A stretch of DNA of 64,000 bases from Eledone cirrhosa (taxonomy: Eukaryota), in assembly GCA_964016885.1 (NCBI GenBank), contig OZ024746.1:92008001-92072000 (forward strand), read 5' to 3'. A program made the translations under genes and the position numbers. This document shows positions 14,023-26,679 of the stretch, piece after piece; positions within the stretch are counted from its first letter, which is position 1; each line of letters begins with the position of its first letter. The notes below the pieces were generated by a model. The model worked only from the letters and a program-made list of their open reading frames with translations, was not told where the DNA came from and searched no databases.

Positions 14023-14355
14023 CAAAGAGTTATTTAATTTGTTGGTTATTCAACAAATTTATTTATAACAGATTCGAAGCACTCTACAGTATTTCTTCTG
14101 GAGTATAATATCAATAATATTAATAAATGGAAACTATCTTTATAAAACCATATTTATTTTATTATATATATTTCAAGGGTACCAACATTAGATAAAATCA
14201 GATAAAATCAGATAAAATCAGATAAAATACAAAAGTTGTTTTATAGATAGTGGCATATTCCAGAACAACAACTTATCGTTTTAATATTATTGATATATAT
14301 ATATTTATATAGATAGATAGATAGATAGATACATAGATAGATAGATAGATAGATA

Positions 14356-14673
14356 CTAGCAGATGTACCCGGCGTTGCTCGGGAAATGAATGTCAGCCTG
14401 TTTGTCCGTAACGGCCTAGTACTTCAAAAGTTAAAAGGAGCCTAGTATTGGTACACAGACAGATACACACACAAAATCGATTTTTCGGCCCCAATATCGA
14501 TATTTTTTCAAATTTAATTTTGTCCAAAACCTGCTCTGGCATATAAGCAATACGTGTGCCAAATTTGGTTGAAATCGGCCTAGTACTTCAAAAGTTAAAA
14601 GGAGCCTAGTATTTGTACACAGACAGACAGACACACACACACACAGACCGACTTGCTTTTATATATATAGATA
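14356..14673 (-). mobile_element. Non-autonomous Helitron
   Basis: Minus strand starts TCTATATATATAAAAG with a (GT)/(GTCT) tract and ends CCCGAGCAACGCCGGG hairpin ...CTAG|T. Confidence 0.75.
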
Positions 14674-14679
14674 TTGATA

Positions 14680-14751
<72 letters not shown>

Positions 14752-14831
14752 GGTAAACAGAAATAACAACACAATAGGTACAGTATATGGAAGGGATATA
14801 TTAGGTTAACGTTTGATATAGCAGGAAGAGG

Positions 14832-14877
<46 letters not shown>

Positions 14878-14880
<3 letters not shown>

Positions 14881-15520
14881 CAAGAAGACCTGGAATGAGG
14901 TGGTAAAACTTGACCTTGCCCAAATGCACCTCTCAAAGGCGATGACACAGGACCGAGACCTCTGGCGTTACGCAGTAATACACAAGACCCGACTTCCCAC
15001 GGATACAAGCTGAAGCTAAAGCATATAGACAATATGCCCCCACTCGTCCCACTGTAAAGGGGTCGTGTAGGTGTCACGACAAAAAGCACCCAGCCCACAC
15101 TGTAAAGTAGTCGTGCAGGTGTCACGACAAAAGGTACCCAGTCCACACTGTAAAGTGGTCGTGCAGGTGTCACGACAAAAGTTACCCATTCGATACTGTA
15201 AAGTTGTCGTGTAGGTGTCACGACAAAAGGTACCCAGTCCACACTGTAAAGTGGTCGTGCAGGTGTCACGACAAAAGTTACCCATTCGACACTGTAAAGT
15301 TGTCGTGTAGGCGCCACGGAAAAAAGCACCCAGCACTCACTGTAAATGAGGTTGGTGTTAGGAAAGGCATCCAGCTGTAGAAACCGAGCCAAAATCAGTC
15401 CTGTGTGAGCAAGACACGGTCACCTGACCTGCCATTACCCACAACAGGACAACCCGTCTAACCCATGATAGAGTGGAGACATCGACGTAAAACGGTGATG
15501 ATGATGATAATGATGATGAT
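14878..15520 (+). mobile_element. RTE LINE 3' end with 48-bp tandem array in the 3' UTR and (GAT)n tail
   Basis: KTWNEVVKLDL...MTQDRDLWRYAV C-terminus; about 6 x 48-bp units at 15048-15345; AGGAAAGGCATCCAGCTGTAGAAAC 3' block; (GAT)n end. Confidence 0.7.
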
Positions 15521-16169
15521 ATATATATATATATATATATATAAATTCAGCGAGAATCGCATTTCGGCGGGTAGAAAAAGCAAAACGTAACGCAAATTCC
15601 GAGTCATAAACACTCGCTTGAGGGTCGTTTCTTATCTGAAGACCTTCTGTTGTCTAGCTCTCCTGAAGAAACCACCCTCAAGTGAGTGTTTTGGCCCTTA
15701 CACACACACATGTCATCATCATCGTCTATGCTAGCATGGGTTATATATATTGGAGAGCTGAGCAACAGAAGGTTTCAGAGAAGAAACCTCCCTCAATTGA
15801 ATGTCTTTAACTTTTTAAATTCTAAGGGGGCCAGGTGGCACCCAGGTCATGACTCCTGGGTGCCCTTCTGCTGACATTTAGCCATTCAGATATCGGAGAC
15901 TTGCTGTATTTAAACTGTATGGAGATTTGTTGACAGGGTCTAGCTGGAACTCTTCTCCATAGCTTCTGCTTTTAAACTTATTTTTAAACACTTTCTAGAA
16001 TTGGAAAAATGACGTTGGTAGTCATGGAAACAGTGAGACCTCAACAGTATCGCTGACGCTGTCTCCAACACCACAAACCACGACTGACTCAGAGTTATTT
16101 CCCTTAGTGTAAGTTGAAATACAAACACGATGCTTCTCACGTGGTGTAGAGGTCATTTTTGTTCCTCTT

Positions 16170-16720
16170 CGATTAGATGTTGCTGGAACTCCTTTCCACT
16201 GCCTCTGATATTGCCTTTAGAGCTTTGGTCCTTGTCTTCCTAGAGACTGAAAGTTGTCTCAGGAGATTGTAGGCAGATTTGCCCACTGCCTCTGATATTG
16301 CCTTTAGAGCTTTGGTCCTTGTCTTCCTAGAGACTGAAAGTTGTCTCAGGAGATTGTAGGCAGATTTACCCACAATCTCTATGGCGAGATCTTTGATTCG
16401 GAAGTCAGTGTCCCTCAGGCTGTTGGCCAAACTGGCGTATTTTTCTGACCTGAACACGTGTGCTTCCTCTAATCTACTTTCAAATGACATGATAAGATTA
16501 ATCAAAATTTGATGAACTGGAATGGAGTACAATATCCGGCCTCAAAACCACTCTTTATGGTGATTTCTGGTTGTTTTGCCGACCCTCGGAGATCTGATGT
16601 ACACTCTCAGTCGTCCGCACCACCCAGAAGACTCGATCCGCACGCCCTGTATAGTATAGTTGCTCCTGGCCATGATTTGCTGCCTCCTGCTGTATGAAAT
16701 ATTGTTGGAGATTCTCGTAC
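16170..16720 (-). mobile_element. REL-endonuclease non-LTR retrotransposon 3' fragment (Hero-like)
   Basis: LLGGADD*ECTSDL...RPDIVLHS...FESRLEEAH..SEKYASLA...VGKSAYNLLRQL..RTKALKAISEA; contains an 87-bp tandem duplication. Confidence 0.7.
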
Positions 16721-17239
16721 TGCGGGTTTTACTTTTGTCGTACTTACCACAGGCACACCAATATCCTAAACCAGAAATCCTAAAAACTCTTTCTCTCAGT
16801 GACATGTGCGAGTGTATATATATACACATACACACGTATATATATATATCTGTGTGTGTGTGTATGTATGTAAATATAAATAGTTGTTTTGGAAGCCTCA
16901 AGAATGCAGATGGGTAAATTTCAGAGTAACAAAATCAGGTTGTAACGAGAGATTGCTGTAAGAGGAAGCGTAGAAAGAGAGGTAAAGGAACGTAGGAAGC
17001 GGAGAAAGAGAGGTGAAGGAACGTAGGAAGCGGAGAAAGAGAGGTAAAGGAACGTAGGAAAAGTGGGAAAAGTGTGAAAAAATAATAACAAGAGATAGAG
17101 TTACCCTGGAAGTGATTTGATAGTCCCTATATTTCGGATTTCGCATCCATCAACTAGGAGTTTTCCGAGGAGAAAATGTTATGTCGGAGAGGGACAACAC
17201 GTGGTCTCCGCTGTTTACCGCGTGTGTACACTGTTTGTG

Positions 17240-17560
17240 CTAGAGAATCAGCGTCGTCGGCGTAAAGAAGGTCTCTGATCAAAGTTTGAAAAGTTTTGTC
17301 TTGTCATTAAACCTTCTTAAGTTGAAAACCTTTCCAGTGGTTCTGAACCGTAAAAGAATGCCTCTGTCACAATCACGGCAGCAAAGAAGATGGAGAAATG
17401 CGTAGGAGCAGGAATATCACCTTGCTTTACCCTGTTGTCAATTGGGATTTCCCCAGATAGTTCACTGTTGAAGATAACTCGAGCTTTCATATTTCTGTGC
17501 AGCTGCTTTAGCATACTCACAAACTTGGGTGGACATCCCACATTTACAAGAATTATCCAG
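17240..17560 (-). mobile_element. RTE-type LINE reverse transcriptase fragment
   Basis: GCPPKFVSMLKQLH..M.ARV......S..IPID.RVKQGD..AP..FSIFF, then DLLYADDA. Confidence 0.85.
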
Positions 17561-17672
17561 AATGCATCTGGATGTGGTTTGAGAATTGGATTCGTGAAAT
17601 AAATACGTTTGTTTATATTTTGTTATTGTGTATGCAAAAATATCTGTACACGAATATATAATTATATATATA

Positions 17673-18079
17673 CGAGGGCAATCCCAAAAGTAAGGTCTCT
17701 TTCCGATATTGCAACTTCCGATATTGCAACTTTTCTGTTAAATCCTGTAGATGGTGCTTCGGGAATCCTCAGGAACCAAAATGCAGAGAGCATCCAGAGT
17801 GATCCGCCTATCTTTACGCATGTTTTTCTCGGAAGGAGACCTTACTTTTTGGATTGCCCTCTATATAATAACTGCGCGAAATTCGCACTTGGCGGTAGCA
17901 TTCAACGGGAGCTCCATTCTCAACGGCTGCCAAGCCAAGATTGAGTATCCCAGCGAAGCGCGCACATGCTTGTTTGGGAGTGAAGGAAACACCAATCACA
18001 ACAGTGTTGCCAACAACCGATTGAACAGTTTCTCTGCATCCCCATCGCTTTGGAGACCTTACTTTTGGGGTTACCCTCG
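17673..18079. mobile_element. mariner-type MITE(s) in (TA)n
   Basis: TA|CGAGGGCAATCCCAAAAGTAAGGTCTC left TIR; right TIRs end at 17861 and at 18079, each followed by TA. Confidence 0.75.
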
Positions 18080-18090
18080 TATATATATAC

Positions 18091-18183
<93 letters not shown>

Positions 18184-18194
18184 TAACAGATTAA

Positions 18195-18245
18195 AGTTTA
18201 AGCAAAGAATCTCTGCTTTCACCCTTAACGGGATCTTCTGAAACT
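18195..18245 (-). ncRNA. Variant type I hammerhead (CAGAAGA core), copy 1
   Basis: AGTTT-CAGAAGA-TCCC gttaa GGGT-GAAA-GCAGAG att CTTTGC-TT-AAACT, plus a distal ACAGATTGA/TTAATCTGT helix. Confidence 0.6.
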
Positions 18246-18298
18246 AAAAAAATCAATCTGTGAACACAGAAGTAAATATTTCGAAAAACGTTACACAC

Positions 18299-18334
<36 letters not shown>

Positions 18335-19949
18335 ATATACATATACACACACACATATAGCGTCATAATGTCGTAATGCAGACAGCCAGACATACAGACA
18401 TATATTATAAGGGTGGAACGTTATATCTATGTATCTATCTAAAAAGACAGACTAAGAATTATAGAGAGAGATCGCTAAATCGCCTAATGCGGTACCTAAG
18501 TATTACATGTGTAAAGCTGGAAAACAATCGGTTGGGTGGTTCTCGAGTTTTATGGAGACAGACAGACAGACAGACATTCTCTGTTTTAGATATATAGATA
18601 TATATATGTGTGCGTCTGTGTGTGCGTGTGCGTGTGTGTGTGCGCGTATGTGTGTGTATGTGTGTATTTACATACATACATATTTACTAACACACGAAAC
18701 GCAAGCTGAATCAAGAACATAGGTGCGACACAAGCATACATAAATACGCACTCACCCATATAGATACATTCTCACATACGTCCTGCATACACTTACATGT
18801 GTGTTTTTATAACCCTGAATAAATTCAAATACTCTCCCAAGCACACACTTATCTATAGACGCTTGCATATACATACACATTCCTATATATGTACATACAG
18901 ATATATCTATATCTATATCCATACTTTGATATGTACATACACATTCCTATATATGTACATATAGCTGTATCTATATCGATACTTCGATTAACAAAGTCAA
19001 TGTGCTACCTTTTACTTCCCTATCTTGATTATCAGGAGAGGCTAAAACTGATTTTTATGCAGATGTTTTTTTATGATTATTGATAGAACTATATATCTAT
19101 CTAAAATACAGTAGACCTACTATTACTATACACACACACACACACACATACATACATACATACATACATACATACATACATACATACATACATACATACA
19201 TACATACATACATACATACATACATACATGTATATATATATGTGTGTTTGTGTGTGTATGTGTATGTGTGTATACACATATATATTAAAACACCAAAACA
19301 CATTAAAACAGAAAAAAGACACTATAAAATTTAAAAATTCTTTGGACAAATTCCCCCAAGAAATCCCGGATAAACCACTTACACCTGGATCTGTCTCTAC
19401 TTGAGTGGGCCATCCTGTCCAAATCCTCAACTGTTGACAGGTTTACCTTCTTCCAATGTTTGCCAGCATTCCCTTCATCCCTATAACAGCTACCACTCCC
19501 ATCGTTCAACATGTCGCTCGTTTTCTCAATGTCACTCTAAAATACGAGTTTACTGAATCTTTTTTAGATAAGATCTCTGTTGTCGAATCTAGTTGAAAAA
19601 GAATCTCCCCTACGTTATCTGAACACTTGCGATTCTGTTTACTACTTAATGTTTTCGTAGTTGGGTACATCATCTGTACCAACATCTCTTAATCCCACCT
19701 CCTCTACCATTTCTACTCTACAGCTACTGATTTTTCTCACCTTTTCATCCTCTATTATATGTTTTTCTTAACTTCATTTCGACAATTCTTTTTGAAACCA
19801 AATAAAACTTGTATATTCAATTTCTTCCAAGGCATCTCCAGCATTTTTATTGTTTGCATAAAGCAACAAATTTTTTCAGAATTCTTTAAGGGGCTAAATG
19901 TTTATCAGCTGACTGTTTTTCTAAGATAGGATAAAAGGATCTGCACCTA

Positions 19950-20243
19950 GAAAGTTCCCTTCCGAGGCACAAGTCCGGACAAGGTTGTTTGTGGAAAACC
20001 AGCAGTCACCCATGCATACTAGTCTCCCTTCTCCAAACTACTGATGTTGTCCAAAGGAAAAGCAATGGCTGATACAGCTTGGCAGCAGTGACATCACAAC
20101 TCATTTCTACAACTGAGTGAACTGGAGCAATGTGAAATAAAGTGTCTTATTCAAGAACACAACACACATCCCGATCCGTGAATCGAACTCACAACCTCAC
20201 AATTGTAAGCCCGATGCTCTAACCACTAAGTCACACGTCTTCA
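19950..20243 (-). mobile_element. SINE family B copy
   Basis: A/B boxes and the same CORE-like block as 85-331. Confidence 0.8.
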
Positions 20244-21084
20244 TTTAAGATCGCCTTGGAAAATGGACCAAGTTTGGAGTGAATTGAGGTTTAAAGGATG
20301 ACTAGAAACGATTCCCAAAAGTAACAGTACCTTGAACTGGAAATTATTCTTCTAGCAGTAACATTAAACAGCAAGGCAGAATTGTAGAACGCATCATACA
20401 GTAAGGACATCCTGTATAACCGTAGCTTTTCCGTTAAGTTTCAATATAATAGACAGACCAGATTTGGAGATGTCTTTTATTCATGTTAAAGTATCAGAAT
20501 GTTTTGAGTTAAGTTTCCAGTTTACTGTTTTACAATCTGGGACATTTTTCATCTTTTGAGATGAAAGTTTTTGAGAGTAACCGCTTCCAAAATAGTCACA
20601 TTCGTCTACTTAAAACCAAACTTAAAGGTTATTTACCCCTTTATATTCCCTACGTGGTCTGGATGTTAGTGCTAATTCCCCGCTCTCTAAGTGAGACTAG
20701 ACATTTCTAGAATCTTTCAAAGTTAACAAACACCCTCAGCTTGCTCTTTCCTCTGTTTAAATAGATTTAACCTTTTTTGCAAAAATAACGATTTCTAATT
20801 AAAGTACAAGGTCAGTAAATTGTGCGTCATCCGGCGGCCTCAGCCGAAATGGACTCAACAATTGATCTCCACGTGGGTCTGTCATTCATTGCTGCTGCCA
20901 AGTCCGTGCGAAATGTTCGTACACTGAAACTATTTTTCCCATACGAAATATTGAGAAGAGAGAGAGAAACTGGGTGTGTGTGAAAGACAGATAGATATCA
21001 CCATTGTAACTAACTATACAACAAATGACGCTTTCCCGCTGATACTCTTGTTGACAACCGTTGTTGCCGGCTTGCTTGTACGTT

Positions 21085-21189
21085 ACTCGAGACACGATTC
21101 ATAATCCGAGACATTTTATGTTCGGAAAATTTATTCGTGGACCGATTTGTTCGTGATGAGAGGCGTTCGTTAACCGAGGTTCCACTGTA
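21085..21189. mobile_element. pogo/Tigger-like DNA transposon terminal remnant
   Basis: Ends ...TTCGTTAACCGAGGTTCCACTG|TA, the reverse complement of TA|CAGTGGAACCTC; partner TIR not found. Confidence 0.5.
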
Positions 21190-21271
21190 CTGTTAAACAT
21201 TTAACCCCTATAATTTTATATTTATTCTACCAACGTAATTATTTCAACGAAGACGAATAAATCTAACAATA

Positions 21272-21463
21272 ATAATTGTTTCTACTTTTGGTACAAGGCC
21301 AGCAATTACCCCAGTACATTACCGGTACTTCATTTTATCGACTCCGTAAGGATGAAAGGCAAAGTTAACCTCGGCGGGATTTGAACTCAGATCTTAAAGG
21401 GCCGTAACTCTATGCTACAAAGCATAACATCCGACCCTCTACCGATACTGCCAATCCACCGCC
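21272..21463 (-). mobile_element. SINE family A
   Basis: Full reverse-complement copy. Confidence 0.85.
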
Positions 21464-22178
21464 CTAACCCTAACTAACAATACAATCAACACAACAACTA
21501 TATATATTCTTAATCTAATAAAACCCCAAGAAAATATTAAGTGAAGCTGTCTTATCTAGGAAACCTATTCTCAGCCATTTCATTGTGTCCAACTTAAGAA
21601 CAGTTAGGCCCGCTTGAAATATGGCAACTTTTCTCCGAATGATTCATTATGATCTTTAAGTTTACCAGGTAAAGATGTAAGGGTTTCAAAACACACTTTT
21701 GTATCTCCTCCTCCTCCTTCTACCCCCTTTCATTTGATAGTTTCTTATCTAATGATATTGCTTGGTGTCTACGTAGAGAGGCGTGACTAGGGTATGACAC
21801 GTGACACGTGCCATGGGGGCCACATGAAGGGGGCGCCACTTGGAGTAGGTTCTATTAAAGTCAAATAAGCCTCGTCAGAGAGTGTGAAAAAAGAAACTCC
21901 TTCAGATGTATGATCTGTCTCTATCATGGGTGAGAACACTATGGTGGCTGGATCATTAAACCATTTATATAAATTATTAGACCACCCGTGACCCGTTGGG
22001 TGACCTTCAGTACAAAATATTTTTTAAAAATCATTTTCACTTAAAAATAATTTTTAAATAATTAAAATATACACAGACATATATATAATGTGAAATGAAA
22101 CTGGAAGGCCAATATATTTATACATGTGTGTATGTATATATATATATAAATGTGCGTGTATACATATATATATATATA

Positions 22179-22281
<103 letters not shown>

Positions 22282-22544
22282 AATCTACTCTCTCACAACC
22301 ACTATCTCTTCCTCTCTATCTTTTTCTCTCTCTCTCTGTTTATGAAGGTAACCGGAAAAACCCCATATCTCGGCAACACGTGTTCCGATTTACGCGAAAC
22401 TTGTTTTATTCCATTTGTATTCCCATTTCAGGGTCAACTTCCTTTCGCAGTATTTCCCCAGAAAAGAATCCGAGTAAAAAATTAAGAAAATGCAGAAAAG
22501 GAAATAGAAAGCGAAAATTGTCAACAAAACGGGAGTAGAGGGGC

Positions 22545-22808
22545 ATGTGAGAGTACGTGAGAGTTGGGGGGGGGGTGAGAGTACATGAGAGTTTGGGGTG
22601 TGTGAGAATACATGAGAGTTTGGGGTGTATGAGAGTAAATGAGAGTTTGGGGTGTGTGAGAGTACATGAGAGTTTGGGGGGGAGTGAGAGTACGTGAGAG
22701 TTTGGGGTGTGTGAGAGTACATGAGAGTTGGGGGGGTGAGAGTACATGAGAGCTTGGAGTGGGGTGAGAGTACATGAGAGTTTGGGGCTGAGAGTACATG
22801 AGAGTTTG
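22545..22808. repeat. Minisatellite GTGAGAGTACATGAGAGTTTGGGG (~25-29 bp, ~10 copies)
   Basis: Visible tandem units with a variable G-tract. Confidence 0.9.
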
Positions 22809-22894
22809 TTACAATATCATAGATCTCATGTCTACTTGTAAGGCAGTGTGAACATGATTTGTCTTTTCTAACTTAAACAGATAACTATTTACAG

Positions 22895-23078
22895 GGCGCT
22901 GGTTTGGCAGAGAGTCAGACGCCATGCTTTGCAGGATAGAGTTATGGCCCTTTACGTTCTGAGTTCAAATCCCGCCGAGGTTAACTTTGCCTTTCATCCT
23001 TACGGGGTCGATAAAATAAAGCCCCAGTAATGCTCTGGGGTCATTGCTGGCCTTGTGCCAAATGTAGAAACAGTTATT
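22895..23078 (+). mobile_element. SINE family A
   Basis: B box GAGTTCAAATCCCGCCGAGG and conserved body. Confidence 0.85.
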
Positions 23079-23787
23079 ATATATAATTGTCCCCCTTGTC
23101 GATGACCTTGCGCATGACCGACCAACTTCATATAGATTTCCGTTTTTCGGCTATGAGTCATTACTGCGAGGTGGAACGCGCGTCCTCGAAAATGGTTTAT
23201 TAACTGTTGTGGAACTAAGTTAACTAATATTATATATTCATTAGCAACAAGTGTCAGTGAGGCTGTGAAGCAATAAAAGGGATCTAGAGAGGTTGGAAGA
23301 TGTGATAAAGGTAAATGCTAATATATTATCCAAACTTACGAGGAATGGCTGAAACAATTAACTCCTGACCTAGCGCTAAATGGTGTCAGTAAAGGTTATT
23401 CAGACAGTTGTGTTAAAACACAAGGACCTCTGTAGGAAGGGGCAACTTTAACTGACTTATCAACTGACAACGTTAGATTTATCGATTTATAATGAGAATA
23501 TGTGGAAGGCAGGTTAATTGATATATGCGCCATTTTGAATAAAGCGTTGCAATGCCAGGTGAATGCATAAAGGGTTGGCACCTAACCTGAATGTAAATAC
23601 TGGAAAAGCTTGTAGATATTTTAGCCTAAGTTACAATGGATCTTGTATAGCTTATAACTACGTTTGAATGCCTTGCTATAATACCGTGTTTATGTAATAT
23701 ACACACTTTTCTTACAGATTGTACACCTGAGAATTAGAGATCCACTTTATACACGAAAACTAGCTTGGTGCAAAAGCCATTGCGGGG

Positions 23788-23893
<106 letters not shown>

Positions 23894-24029
23894 CTTCTCT
23901 TCTTCTTCTTCTTCTTCTTCTTCTTCTTCTTCTTCTTCTTCTTCTTCTTCTTCTTCTTGAAAACCTTATTAACAACATTAGTAAGAGGGTTTCCAATCTC
24001 TCCCCTAGCAAACCCATTTTTGATAGGGC

Positions 24030-24790
24030 AGTGCCCTACTGTAATTCAGCACTAAGCAACAGTGGTTTCTCTGAAAAAAAATCATGTACTTTCCAGATCA
24101 CCGCCCTACACCCAGAAAGAAAAACTTAGACATAAAGATATTCGCAACACCTTTCACACTTAATGTGAAAATTAATGTAGATAAAAAAAATTCCTAGCCC
24201 TCGTAGAATCTCCATTTCCCTGTTGGCCATAAATACCGAAAGATATTTAATTGCCATACTGTAAAAATAGGATACTCTTGCACCAACAATGTTAAATCCT
24301 ATATCACGGCAAATGGAAAAGCCCTCCACCGTACGGATGCTCATATAGAAGACCAGAAACATGTCCACTAGAACAGCAGTGTAACACTCCGGTGGTGATA
24401 TATCAAGCAAAGGTTACCTCCACCAACCAGAACCACCAAACTGAAGCCTGGACCTATGTCGGTATGTCCGACAGCCGGTTTAAAACTGGTACCTGAATCA
24501 CGAAACAACCTTCAGATATCCTGACAAAAAACATGCCACCCAGCTCGCAAACCGTGTATGGAACCTTAAGAATAACGGTACACCATTTTTCCATCAAATG
24601 GACTGTATTAGAAAGATCTACCGCCTATGTTAATGGGTCGAAATTTTATCGCCTTTGTAACTCGGAAAAATGGTATATACTCTCACAGCTAGCTCCAGAC
24701 AAACACTGCTTTATTACACGGCTTAATTCCTTTGACGCTGTCCTCATGAAATGAAGTCTTTTCTGAGTAAATGGCTTAAACCTGACTAAC
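24030..24790 (+). mobile_element. Degraded PLE linker plus GIY-YIG endonuclease
   Basis: FPVGHKYRKIFNCHTVKIGYSC; GCSYRRPETCPLEQQCNTPVVIYQA; TYVGMS..FK..YLNHETTF; IKWTVLE...LCNSEK. Confidence 0.8.
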
Positions 24791-25223
24791 AGGTCTAGAA
24801 GTATACATTGATTTACTGACTATTTTCCATATCAAGGAATTTGGATTCTTTGAGTCAGCTGGAAAAAATAATTTTTCTTCAATCTTGACTGTTGTCTCGC
24901 AAGAGTTACCCCCCTTGATCTTACCTTCTTTGCTCATAATTTTTTAAAAAAGTCCTTCTTTTAAAACTAGTTTCTAAATTAGCTGCCTCTGTTTAAATGT
25001 TATATTTCTAAAAGGAAACCATAATCAACCTCCGTCGGCCATCTTTATTTTTATTTTAATATTGCCAGAAATAATAATAGAAAACACTCACTGTTTGGTT
25101 TGAGTTGGTTTTCGCTTCTGTATCTTTTATATCTCCATAGTTAATTTATCTGGCAATCAATGTTTATCATTGATTGACCAACGGTTAATACAGATATAAA
25201 TATATCTATATATATATATAGTC

Positions 25224-25267
25224 TATCAAAGTTCTTTCGTCACACATCTGTGATATCATCAGTGGTA
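25224..25267 (-). ncRNA. Type I hammerhead in PLE pseudo-LTR
   Basis: TACCA-CTGATGA-T-ATCACA gatg TGTGAC-GAAA-GAAC-TT-TGATA; same family as the folds at 2429 and 4788. Confidence 0.65.
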
Positions 25268-25806
25268 CCATTATGTTTCTTCCCATTGTATTGTAATGCC
25301 TACACCTATATATCAAATTACAAAATATGAGGAAATAATAGGCAAAAATATACCTATCTTTTCTTCAAAGTACCGACTGCAGCTTCGCCTATCCGTGTGC
25401 AACGACATCTGCACTACAAAAATGCATCATCGCAGTGAGGTTGATACGGCTTCTCAAGACCCCTAGGAAGTGAGAAAATCTCAAGAGGTGGAGGGAGAAA
25501 TTAACACGTGATACAGTAGTCATAGAAGGGTAGTAAGGTGGACAGTGAGCGAATAACGTATTTGTTAGAAAAGACATTTAGTACACTCCTGGTTAACTGG
25601 CCATAGGGGAGTTTGGGACAATATGATAACGAAATACACACACATATTCATATGTATATGTGTGTGTGTGTGTGTAGTGCCCGCCTTAACACGTTTTGAT
25701 TGATGACCGAAAGATCTTAAATAAGCAAAATAATTAAAATAACTCAATAATCAGAACGATTTATCAAATTACAAAATAAGAGGAAATAATAGATAAATAT
25801 ATATAT

Positions 25807-26679
25807 ACTAGCAAATTTACCCGGCGTTGCCCGGGGTTTGAAATTATGCTAAGAATATAGAGCTAGGAAGTAACAGAAGAAAATTATTTGTCCCCAGCCT
25901 GTCAAAATAAGCAGAAGTCTTCAATAATTAATGCAAACGAATATTTAGTGCAATCTTTGTACACATAAAACTATGTTGATAATGAAGGAAAACACTGAAC
26001 AGGATGTAGTTATACAAATGATTAAAGACAATACAAGTTGCAAATCTGTAATAAAACAGGCAGTTTTGCTAAAGTACAAAAAGTTGTACTGAAAGCAGAG
26101 TTATATACAAGCAAAAAACAATGAGAGTAGAATAAGAGAAAATGTATTCTTTGAGAGCATCCTTTGCTGTGTATGGTTAAATTTTGAACTTATAATCCAA
26201 AATATCCTGCATGACATATTCATTGGTATGTTTTGTAATGAATAAGGTGAAGTCAAGGCAGAGCTGTAATAAGTGTTTTTGTTAGCACTAAAGCACTTCA
26301 GGATTGACGATATTCTTTGTTTTTCTTTTCGGAACAAACGCAAAGAGATTATCTCTACTGCCGACTCGTGAGCAGGCAACGTAGAATTGTCCGTGCGAAA
26401 AGCAAGGTTCATCCAAGTGAATTCCAGCGACGGACAGAGTTTGACCTTGCGACTTGTTTATGGACATCGCAAAGGCAACACGAAGGGCAAATTGGGTTCA
26501 GCGAAAGAAAAAATAATTTTGCTATCGATTTTTTATTGCTCAACGTGGATCGATTTGAAAAAGTGCCACGTGCACAGAAAATTTGGTCAAATTCGGTTGG
26601 GAATTGTAAAAGCCTTAGCTGTCCAAAGTTGTCCACAGACACACACACACACACACACCCTCGCTTTTATATATAGAGC
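25807..26679 (-). mobile_element. Non-autonomous Helitron
   Basis: Minus strand 5' TCTATATATAAAAG with (TG)n; 3' CCCGGGCAACGCCGGG hairpin followed by CTAG. Confidence 0.7.

Noticed and set aside
25695-25725. TTGATGA-CC-GAAA-GATC-TT motif between ~40-bp direct repeats (25311, 25762)
   Set aside because: Stem II is absent and stem I is weak; cannot be supported as a ribozyme.
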